Part shown: piece after piece, positions 13,679 to 24,999 of the stretch
How positions within the stretch are numbered: position 1 is the stretch's first letter
Layout of the letters: each line of letters opens with the position of its first letter
From: Ylistrum balloti
Lineage: Eukaryota
Direction: 5' to 3'
Length of the DNA stretch: 64,000 nucleotides
Assembly (NCBI RefSeq): GCF_031769215.1
Contig: NW_026782874.1
Location: forward strand, 496,001-560,000
Program-made: the position numbers and the translations under genes
Notes under the pieces: model-generated
The model's input: only the letters and a program-made list of their open reading frames with translations
What the model was told of the DNA's origin: nothing
The model's database searches: none

Positions 13679-15111
13679 CTGTACTACGCGGATTCATTCA
13701 AAAGTTTGCAAACAATTTTTTTTCATACCCTTATGAAACTTTAAAAAATGACATCAACGCTTATAATTAATTTTAAAGTACAGTTAGTTTGACACAAACC
13801 GGAAGTCGAAGGTGAAGATCAAAGGTTTCAGTGAGCCTTTGATGTTGCCGGGGAAAATAGTTCCGGCGAAGAGGGGGCGTGGCTTATTATTTTTTTTTCA
13901 TAGAGATATGAATTTTTTTAGACCAATCAGATTGCAGCATTTTGTATGGGAGGGGGGGGGAAAGAAAAAATAATTATAATGAATTTTCTTATTTTTAATC
14001 AAACAATTCCTCTTTTAGTATGTGACCTATATGTACCGGTAGATATCACTCCCTAGATTTTATTATATGCATGTAAAATTTTGCGATTGATTTACTTGAT
14101 TGACTTTAATTAAAAGTTGCAAAAATCAATTGTAAATTACATGTTGTACCATTTGAAATAATCACTGGCTATAGTTGATAGGGGCTTGTACTTTTGTCGA
14201 ATTCAAAATCAATTTAAAGAACGCATAGTTTTAATACGATGTACTCTCTCATCAGCTGGAAACTGTTCCAAACCATGTTCTGAGTCTCTCCCAACAACCA
14301 GCTAAGACGTGGATAGTCTTGTGTGAACGGAAACAATTTCACGGTAGAGCAGAAGGAACAATAGTACAACATCCTATGTTCTATTGTAATCGTGCTCTGT
14401 CTATCCACGTTATTATGACCCTATCAATGTCACTAAGCCGTGGGAAGTACACTTGGATACAGACAATATTAGAGTGCCCTTAATGATGTACACCGATGAC
14501 CTTCCGTGACCTGCCAACGTCCACTTATAGCTGTACATGGTATTGCAATGTTCTACTATGTTCTTGTGACTACTACCAAAGTTCTACCTATATTACTGTA
14601 CATACATCCATTCACGATCAACAATGCGTTCTTACTACGGCTACCTTACATGTCATCATGAGTCATATTGTTGCCCAAACCAACAGACATGTTCTAGAAA
14701 TTTATCACATTTTGTCACCTCAGCTTAAAGCAGTTGAAAGTGAACATGGTGGCCATACAACTTCCAAAGAGAGAGTGCCCAAGTTTTACCTGAACGTGTC
14801 AGGCCTTGTATAGGTACCAGAACGTGCATGTGTAGCTAAGTCATTCGTTGTACTTATCGTGGCTTTATGTTATACAATGTTGCTATTGATACGAGTTGTT
14901 ATAGTAAAACTTATATTTTTGCAAATTATGCCTTTTTTTATTTCACGACTAAGACCGTCGTTGAGCGACCTACTGAAAAAAAATTCTCGCCATGTTTATA
15001 TCATATAAATGTAAGATCTAAAATAAAACGAGGAACAGTGGTCACCAAGCATACACTATTTGTAATGGAAAGCAAAATATCAAGATATCAAAAAAACACG
15101 AAGTTGATTTT

Positions 15112-18100
15112 TCAGCCGCCGATCTGATTGTCGATAGCCAGACTACCATCGACACACGTGGAGGTGATGGGATCAAAAAAGTCCAGTCCACTGTTGGTAC
15201 ACGACTGCAGGTACATGTGTCCGGTCAGGTCGCATTGGATGTAGTGATGACGGTCACCAAGAACAGGGAAGTACAGCTTCATTTCGCGAATATGGTTCTC
15301 GTCACAGGGCGCTGTGAACACGGGACAGTTTCCACAGAAAGGATATGCTCCAGTCACTGATGGTGTGTAACCAATAGGAAATCCGGCAGTTGGTGACCCT
15401 GGCCCCTGGGCGGAAGGGTTAGTGACTGCAGCTGGCGCCCCGTCACATGCTCCAGGAGCAGCTGTAGGAGGTACAAACGTGTTTGGATTTACGCATGACT
15501 GTGATGATTGTTGAAAGTAGAAATTTGGCGGGTTACACTGACGTTGGAACGATTCATGCCAGAGGTCACACTGAATGTACATAGTTGGGTCACATGGGTA
15601 CGTGTACAGTAACGGATCGTCCGGGGCTCTCATACGACAAGGATTAGCAAAGTTTGAGGGGACGATACAGGTCAACTCATGTTGGTCCCATTCTTCTCCC
15701 TGAGGACACGGTCGGACCCACGCTTTGCCCCACACGTCGCAATGGATGTACTTGGTCACATCAGACGGATAAGTGAAGAAAAACTTATTCGCTAAGATTG
15801 CTTCCACTGAACAAGGATTTGCGAGTGTTGTGGACAGCGGCTTTCCATGAGTAACACAAGGCGTGTCACCTCCAACACATTGCTTACACGCGTCGTAATA
15901 GGATTCATTTTGTGGACACTGTACAACATACAGTTTGCCCTGGTTGTCGCACTCAAGGTACTTGGTAGGCTCATTAGGGTGTGGAAATTTAGTTATTCCG
16001 GCAAGTAGGGTTTCCTTCGTGCAGATGTTGCCATATCCCCAATGTTCTGTTGTATAGAAATAAAATGATACTTTCAGATTCATGAATTTAACTAGAATAT
16101 ATTGTAGCATATCTCATTTAGAATTCAACTTAACCTTATCAGTTACACAAACTGACAATATCATCTGAAAAAGGTTGTTTTCATTCATATTCTATGGTAC
16201 TTCATTCTATCAACGTGTGTCGCAATATTGTAGTAAATAAAGTACTTATAAACAAGTGATAATGACTGAGCATTGTTGAAGACACAGACATAGTTTATAT
16301 TTTCTATTACATCCGTGTTAATTACCTTTGCAGTCATCTGGACACTTGATTTGTACACCATTCTGGTAGCACTTTATCTCTGTAAAAGAAATCATCTTTT
16401 TATCCCTGGTGTCAAAAACACTCCCTCTTGAACAGAAAATATCTAGATTATTTTGTAACGTACTTGTCAGACAAAATAAGATACGTAAATTATTCGTATA
16501 TGGTTAGTGTATAAAACAATGAAATTTCCCGTCCGTTCGTTTATACACACAAATATAACTATATGATAAACGATTAAATACTATTTTGCGGCGTTACCAT
16601 GGTCACGATGGTCTCCAGTGTACGGCGTCACATTGATGCTACAACCTCTGGTCCCATTGGTCAGTTTGAGTGCATCCTCTAGACTCATGAAGAGTGTCTG
16701 GGTAGTGGTGGTATTTCGGAACTTGATTCCTAGTTCGGCAGCCTCGGTTTGAGAGATCGTTTCGTAGTAAGAATTTCCGGGGAATGGAGTTCCGAAGGCC
16801 GTGAATAATGTTATTTTACCGCAGGTCACGTTAGTCTGCATACACAGAACAGAAAATATGTACCGGTGTTGTTCAGTATGTATTAACATAACATAAACAG
16901 CAAGAAGTCAACCAACAGCAATCTTGTCTTCTTTTTTCATTTCAATAGAAAAAAATTGTATTATGTGATTGAAATTTAAATTAATGCGACTTTACCTCCA
17001 CTGTAACACCTCCTGGTGGCGTAATGACAGCAAGTGAAGGACACTCCTCCATCACACATGTGTAGGTGTGGTTCATTTTAATATATAAGGGAGCTGTTAA
17101 ATATAACCAAAATGATAATAACAGTATTACATTAAAAAGAAATACTGACATGTACACCAAATCAAACTCCAATCAAGAGCGTTATATAAAACAGGGAAAT
17201 GAGAATAAAACCAGAGAATCCGGAATTTTTTTCAACTTTTTATATTCCCCCGTATAGTCAAGTAAGGCATAGTCCAAAAGGTTAGCAAATGAAATCTGGT
17301 GTAAGACAATGCTACCATTCAGCATACATGTCAGCCATGGACACATTCATTTCAAGGTATTTCAATGAGAAAATGCTTTTGGTAAAAAAACTATTCTATT
17401 ATTTTTGTGTGAGATACATAAATTAAAGTTAACGATTGTAGTTACTGTCTATTTTCTGACATATACAGAACTGGCCATTCAACCAACAAATACTAATCGG
17501 CACAATCTAGATAGGCCTTACCTTTACAGGTCTTCTCTTGGATCTCTTGTTTCAGCGCCGTCAGGTCGGTGAAACCTGACACCGTCATCACGTGTGTACA
17601 GGATGGACTCGTGGCTATGGTGTTGAGCTCGGCGTGATTGATATGGCTGCCTACCCCAATTGTGAAAGTGACAATATTATTGGCGTGTATTGCCTCAGCA
17701 GAATGCATAGTGTTCAGCCGGTCATTGGATACACCGTCTGTAATCACGATAAGGACCTTCACCGCATCCGCCCGGCTTCCATGGGAATTCTGAAAAGCAC
17801 ATGTTTACCCATATAAGGCTTTTGTTAACGGTTGACTTTGGTACTTGTTCAAGTCTTCTAACCTCTCTAACCAACCGACGGTCAAGAGTGAACGGCCAAA
17901 ACCATGGCAGTGACTATTGCTGAATAACCAAGGTTAGGCAGATTTATTGAATATCATTTCAGTTTATATTGCATAGGCTCTGATTGTACGTTTTTCTAAA
18001 GATACTTAAAGTTACATATGTATAACACAAATTACAAAAATTCAAGAACAAAGCTTTCAAGTGCGTGCGTATACACATGCATAACATAATAACGGGATAG

Positions 18101-19709
18101 TACAGAAACTGTACTTTACCAACAATACCATTTGCTGAGGTAGAGGCGGTATTAAGTATTATGAATCAACATATATCGTGTACTGCTCTGAAGATTCAGG
18201 CACAGACATTATTGTGAGCATTAATCTCGCGAAATGTTCTAGTTATTGCAGTAAGAGATTACCAATGTATTTCGCATATGCATGTTGGTTTACATTGCAA
18301 GTGAAAATACGGTAAGGACAAACATTATTAATGTGAAATATAGAAACAATGGGAAAATGTATTTATAAACAAACTACCTACCTGGAAGACGTCCGTCAGT
18401 GCTTTGTTGAGTGCTTCGTCTGTGGCAGTAGTACCGCTATCGAAGGGTATATTGTCTATAGCTGTGGACACGTCACTTTTGCTGCCGTATGTGTTCAGAT
18501 AAAACCGCGTTACAGCATGTGTTGAGTACGTCACCATAGCGACCCTGGTTTTGTCTGGAGACACCGGAAAGTCATTGACGATGTCCTGAATGAACATTTT
18601 TGATCTTATGTTGTCGTCTAGTGATAAACTGTTTGACTGATCCATGACAAATACCAGGTCGATCTTCTTTGTGTTTGAACATCCTACGGCAGAAAAAAAT
18701 AATACCAAGTATTCTATGTGATAAACAGAATATTTTCAATTACAAATGACATTTGATTAAGCGCAACATCGGTTCGGAACATTATATGACGTGTTTCATT
18801 ACAGAGTCTGTAAAGCGACTGGTCTCAATATTTAACTTTATGGGGAACACACAAACGTACCCGCTATCCCTAACAGCAATCCCAAACAAACATTATTTTT
18901 CTAACAGAACAAACATAATTATCTCTATGGTGGACATGTGCTCGGTTTACCTTCGGCTAGGAGTTCGGCTAGATTAGTGAAGTTGTTTCCACCCATACTC
19001 AGAAAATAGTTGGAAAAAAACTGAGCCTGGTCCTCGACCCGCCAGCCCACTCCTCCGTGTATCTTTGTATAGAGAGCGGCAGCTATTCCAGAGTACAGTG
19101 GCTTCCTCAGATCCACCCAGTTTACCGCACCCCAGTCTATGTTGAACTTCTCGGCAAGCAGGTCATACTCCTTGAGCAGCTGATTACTGTATTTCGTTTC
19201 CAGGAATTTAGCAAGGCTTAACTAAAACAAAAATCAGGAACACTAAGTTCAAGTCTCGTCTGTCTAGGAAATAAATGAAGGTATTCCTTTAAAAAAAGAT
19301 ACAATACTTTCGATATTCTATTTGAAGGCTGTAATCTAGTAGGGTTTTCATGATAATCTTTGAGATTTACAATTTTGAAGATTGTCAAAACAGCTGTTAT
19401 TTCGTTTAATTTCGGAAAAGAAAAATGATAAATTGTATTATATCTTGTTTTCTTGCCAACCTGCCATATGCCACCATCAAAACCAGGACGGTACGTCTTT
19501 GGGTCCGTTCCGTCATATGATTGGACGTATGCAAGTCGTCTTAGGAAGCCTTTGTCGTCCGCATACAGGCAAGACTCCCGGATCCTGGAGACAACAGCCT
19601 CCACCACATGGGCGCCGTTACCCCCGGGCTGTGTCGTTTGGTCTAACCCGAAGGTACCAATTATCACCCCAACACAAACTACTGACACACATACTCCTAT
19701 AACATTCAT
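15112..19709 (-). CDS. Gene A: secreted lysozyme-like domain (Glu>Gln) + VWA + beta-rich domain + 4 chitin-binding-type repeats (Pif97/BMSP-like), 8 exons, 804 aa
   Basis: Exons 19709-19461, 19221-18951, 18683-18382, 17789-17522, 17093-16996, 16835-16598, 16379-16326, 16046-15112. All are GT-AG and in phase, total 2415 nt. Hydrophobic leader MNVIGVCVSVVCVGVIIGTFG. VWA has DLVFVMDQSNS, TAT and VITDG. Four repeats of the form C..(F/Y)P(H/Y)P..Y(I/L)xCD..G......CP..(W/F/Y)......C. AATAAA at 14942-14937. Confidence 0.9.
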
Positions 19710-22545
19710 CGCGGCAAATGAATTAAGAAACAATGTGAAGTAAACGTATGTTATTTCTTATCAAAAACTTCCTGGTAAAGTGCGTCTGTGGATTGCCATA
19801 TTCACTGCATAGGCGACAAAGGAAACAATAGGTTTGGCACGAGTCGGTTTATCTTATGTATGACTGAGTCGCGTGCATGCATTATAGTGATCGTATTTGT
19901 TTATGAGCTTTATTTCAATATATCAGTAAATCACGCTACAGATGAACTGTACTTATATGAGTCATGCATGTTATGTCATTTTTGAAAAAAAAAATTAAAT
20001 AGATTATTTATATATACCTTTTTCTGCTATAAGTTTTAAGTTTTAACCATCTTATATCACTACATGTATCATAGACAGCTGAAAGTAATGAAACAGTTTT
20101 TTTTTAATTCTAGCCAAGCCAATTTTCAATTTATTCAAAGAGAAACATTGAACGTTTATTTCATAAAATTGTATATCAAATCCCTTTTATGCAATATATT
20201 ATAGAACATATTCATTATGTATCTTATGTAGTAAATCTCCTTATAATGTATAAGATAGTCATTTGCTTTACAGGAACATTAGATATATTATGAATTTCAT
20301 GTTTTTAATACACATTATCGTGTGAAATATACTTTACACTACTTTATATTTCCCTCGGTCCCCACCCCAACCTTAGGTCTCAGTGTTGTAGGCCAATCCC
20401 ATCCTTAAAGAGTCTTAGAAGGGCAAAACAAATGCACACAGCTGTTTAATTATTTGGCTGTAGTGTATCCAATTTGATATTTGTATTGAAAGGAGCTATC
20501 AATCTCTGCATCTTTTGTATAATCTTCGAACAATTTTAATATGACGTTCGACTTATTCGACGATCTATCAACTTGTAAATTTGTTGTTGTTGTTCCGATT
20601 CTTAACTCAATTTTATAATGTGACAAGGCTACTAAACAAAGTATCATTGCTGATGTCGTCGAAGAAGTAAGGAGAAACGTATCCTCCCTTAACACGTGAG
20701 TTTTCTTTCTTTTTCTCTGTATGTGATCTCCGTATAGTCACAATACCTTTGTTCATGCCTTACTCTCTTGTTAGGAATTTTAGTTTATTGCTACGGTTTT
20801 GTCAATATGTTAGTTATTTTGTGTTGTGAATTTTTTTCATGATAATCTGGCGGTATCATTTTATGATAAGAAAATATAATGATAAAAGCAATTTCCGATG
20901 TGTATTTGTAAATCTACATTTAGCATTAAAGATAAGATAACGGATTCTACATGTGAAGCCATTGGCTGTATTTGTAAGCAGAGAAACCATTCTCGATGAA
21001 TAAATGAGAACATGATGCTAACTTCCATGGATTACTAGTAATTGTCGATCAGTAAAACATATTCTTTCACAGAAGGTTTACAGACCTTCGATTTTAAACT
21101 AACGGTTATACTTTGTGAAATTTCTATAATTATTTTACATATATGTGTAACTACTTTCGGGAACTAATATTCCTCACTATCAAACATCTTGCAAAATGGC
21201 AGACTTTTTCTACTACAGAAATGACCTTTCGAAGGACGATTATACTGATAGTAACCTGTTCGTTCCAAGGTAATACGTTTTGCGCGTGATGACGTGTGTA
21301 GTTTTAATACTATGTAAGGCTTTATCTTGATAGACTAGCCCGCCTATAATAAGGTATTGTACTTACTGTTAGTCACGTAATAGTGACACTGATTATGTAC
21401 AGACTTAAAACAGATCAGCGTGAAATGTTTACTTTTTATGTATCATTTAGTCTTATTCTTAAATAAACAAATACTGGTGAATTCATCTAGAAAAGTACCA
21501 GGGATCAGCGCAGGAAAAGCTGTGCACTTTCATAGTTGCATGTTTGGCAGACTTATTTCGTTTATGCAATGAGAGTTGCACATTGTGATAAAACAAAGGC
21601 CGTCTTACGTTTCGCACAGACTCACGTAAATGATATAACGATTTTGTGGGGAAGACTATCATACATTTCCCGTTAAGTTTTAAAGTTTTATAACTCATAT
21701 GCTATGAAATAAGCACGACTTCGATAAGCACATAATTTACAACCTTCGAAGGAAATCAGATGAAAATAAAAAGAATAGTTTACTTTATAGGTTTCGTTAA
21801 TTAATACCAAACAGTTATGACTTTTACTACAGTTTTTCTTATACGTAGCAGGATTACGAAATATAATTGAAAGTATAGTACGAACTATCTAAATAGTTTT
21901 GTGATATGGCAATGATATTAGGGAAAAAACGAACAATCATTCATAGATTATTTATATTGAGTGTATAATCTGTTTCGTTTATTTTCAATTTTAATCAAGA
22001 TGTTTTAACTGTTGTTGTTTTCCTGTAATTTTCAAAGGGAATTTGAAAGAAAATTGAGCGATTATCATATTTCATTCAGAGTATAGTTCAAAGGTCGATT
22101 GAGCTTTAATTACAGGAAGTTGATGGAAAATATGCTCATGTTTTTTTATCTTCTTAACTTCAGTTCGATTTTGCCTTATCTTGTGTTACATGGAGTTCAA
22201 TATCTTTAAATATAGAAGCATAGATATCTTCAACGTTCAAGCCATAAGTGAAACACGCATTATGTTGTAAAAAAGGTTTATTACTTACAATTAATTTACT
22301 TAATAATTCAATATCTATCTAATACTGAAATACGTTTTTCTATGCCACATCTTTGATATTTCTTTGTTGTTGTTATCAGATGTAAAAGTTAAATACATTT
22401 GTCACAAAGATGCCTCTGAGTCTTCAGATACGTAACAACAGTGTGTTGTGTTCCAGATCTCGATTGGTGTCTACAAAACCAGATCTCTTAGAGACAAGTA
22501 AATAACATTTTCGCCAATAGTCTATGACTCAAAGATATCAAATTC

Positions 22546-24962
22546 TTATTTTTTGCCTACTACTGGGACGGGAACAGTGCTCATGACGAAAAGGCCCCTT
22601 GGCACGCAGTTGAGGATGTCTTGGCGCCAAATGAAGTATGGTTTGCAAATTTTCTCGAAAGCATCTCCGTACTGGTCACAGTGAATATACTTCTGGGGAT
22701 CGCTGGGGTGAGGATAGAAGAAAAGGTCAGGAACGGTTCCACAAGGCTTACTGTTAGATCCAAATGCGCCCTTTGTTGGGTCAACAACTACCTCTCTGTA
22801 GAGGCAGGTTAGAGTGGCCTGGTCCCAGAAGTGATGAGGTTCGCAGAACTTCACCACAGCTACGTATGGAAGGTTATAACATTCAATATAGGCCTGATCA
22901 TCGTTAGGATAGGGAAAGAAAAAGAGTCCATTGAGAATATTTTCTGGTGTACACGGATTGCCAGTCTGAACTACAGCGTTCGTAGGTCTTGGTGTAACTG
23001 ATGGCAGAGGGGTCATAGTGGTTCTGGGAAGGGTGAAGGTCATCGGCATACCCGGTATGCACGTCTGTGCCTGTAGGTCAAATATTTCCATAAATGGACA
23101 TAAAACTTCAAACACATTACCATTGCCATCACAGTAAAGGAATCGGTCGTTTCTCAATGGATGAGGAAAGATCTGGATGCCGCTGCTTGAACAGGGGTTG
23201 GGGGCTGTAAATAAAAATACATGACATGGATTATGTAGGCCAATTTGTTAGACATTCAAGTATCTGTCTTGTCTATACATGATTGTACGCCCATTTCATC
23301 AATATTGTCGGTTACGCGAGAACTTAGACGTTCACGTTATTCAGAAATGGAGCATACATTTTGTATTTCTATATATCCTCGATGAAAATGTACCATCAAG
23401 CGCGATATTCGTCTGCATTATAAGTTAATTGAAAGGGTTAGTTAATTTTGATAGAAATGCATTATTTGATAAAGAAAATATTAAAATTATTAGATTCTCT
23501 ACGTCTTTTCGCTTCTTTCGAACCATACGCTGCTTTCTTTCAGTTATTGATATATGTACATTTCGAAAATTATTTAAAGGTATGTCTTCATCTATCAATT
23601 CATTATAGTATAGGGTATATACCAGGTGGTACTTACAGTATGGAGTAGGCACAACCATGTACTGACTACCGAAAAGAGTTTGAGCCGAGCAGTTGACAAT
23701 GATCCTTCCAGCTTCTATACACAGCAGGTTATTATCTACAAATTTAAAGTTTGTTTTGTTTTATTTGAACAATGTCTATTAGTTCATCTTGACTTTATCA
23801 CACACATATAACAACTGTCAAATATGACGCCAGTAGATGTCTAACATTATCACAAACAACGTAGTGCTCATTATTCGATTCTGGCTAAATCGCATAAAAC
23901 GCTTCTTTTACTTGTGGTACTATGATACATATAAAGCTGTCTTTAACTTCTAGATATGTAACTATGACACATATAAAGCTGTATCTAACTTCTAGATATG
24001 TAACTATGACACATATAAAGCTGTATCTAACTTCTAGATATGTAACTATGACACATATAAAGCTGTGTCTAACTTCTAGATATGTAACTATGACACATAT
24101 AAAGCTGTCTTTAACTTCTAGATATGTGACTATGACACATATAAAGCTGTATCTAACTTCTAGATATGTAACTATGACACATATAAAGCTGTATCTAACT
24201 TCTAGATATGTAACTATGACACATATAAAGCTGTCTTTAACTTCTAGATATGTAACTATGACACATATAAAGATGTCTTTAAATTCTAGATATGTAACTA
24301 TGACACATATAAAGCTGTATTTAACTTCTAGATATGTAACTTCATATAGATATGTAACTATGACACATATAAAGCTGTATCTAACTATGACACATATAAA
24401 GCTGTCTTTAACTTCTAGATATGTAACTATGACACATATAAAGCTGTCTTTAACTTCTAGATATGTAACTATGACACATATAAAGCTGTCTTTAACTTCT
24501 AGATATGTAACTATGACACATATAAAACTGTCTTTAACTTCTAGATATGTGACTATGACACATATAAAGCTGTATCTAACTTCTAGATATGTAACTATGA
24601 CACATATAAAGCTGTATCTAACTTCTAGATATGTAACTATGACACATATAAAGCTGTATCTAACTTCTAGATATGTAACTATGACACATATAAAGCTGTA
24701 TTTAACTTCTAGATATGTAACTATGACACATAAAAAGCTGTCTTCAACTTCTAGATATCTATGTCACATACAAAGATGTCTTTTACCTAGTTGTTAATAT
24801 CTAACTTTATTACATAAAAAGCTGTGTTCTTGTTGTGAATCCAAACTACATATCTGTCAGAACAAGAGTGTGTACTCTGGGCTCTGGTCTCGACAATATC
24901 ACTTTATGCGCTTTATGGAGGGACAATATCACTAACAATGATTCAATGATGTAATATGAATA

Positions 24963-24999
<37 letters not shown>

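Noticed and set aside
13680-14000. Repeat-like block after the LINE tail (CCGGAAGT, GGGGGCGTGGC, GACCAATCAG motifs)
   Set aside because: It looks like an interspersed repeat or promoter-like module, but I could not define termini or a family.
15112-15120. C-terminal di-glycine of gene A as a ubiquitin-like conjugation motif
   Set aside because: The protein is secreted, has no beta-grasp domain, and the motif is not shared with the paralog.
19218-19460. C-terminal half of the 171-aa ORF 19218..19733
   Set aside because: Read-through into intron 1 of gene A. Paralog B splices at the same WQ| position.
20450-20695. 81-aa ORF between genes A and B as a possible extra exon or third gene
   Set aside because: No recognisable motif and no matching splice sites. 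Gene A already starts with a signal peptide and gene B ends with a stop and poly(A) signal.
23922-24797. 291-aa plus-strand ORF (YVTMTHIKLYLTSR)n
   Set aside because: Artifact of a 42-bp stop-free tandem repeat inside a gene B intron, antisense to the gene, with no protein-like complexity.
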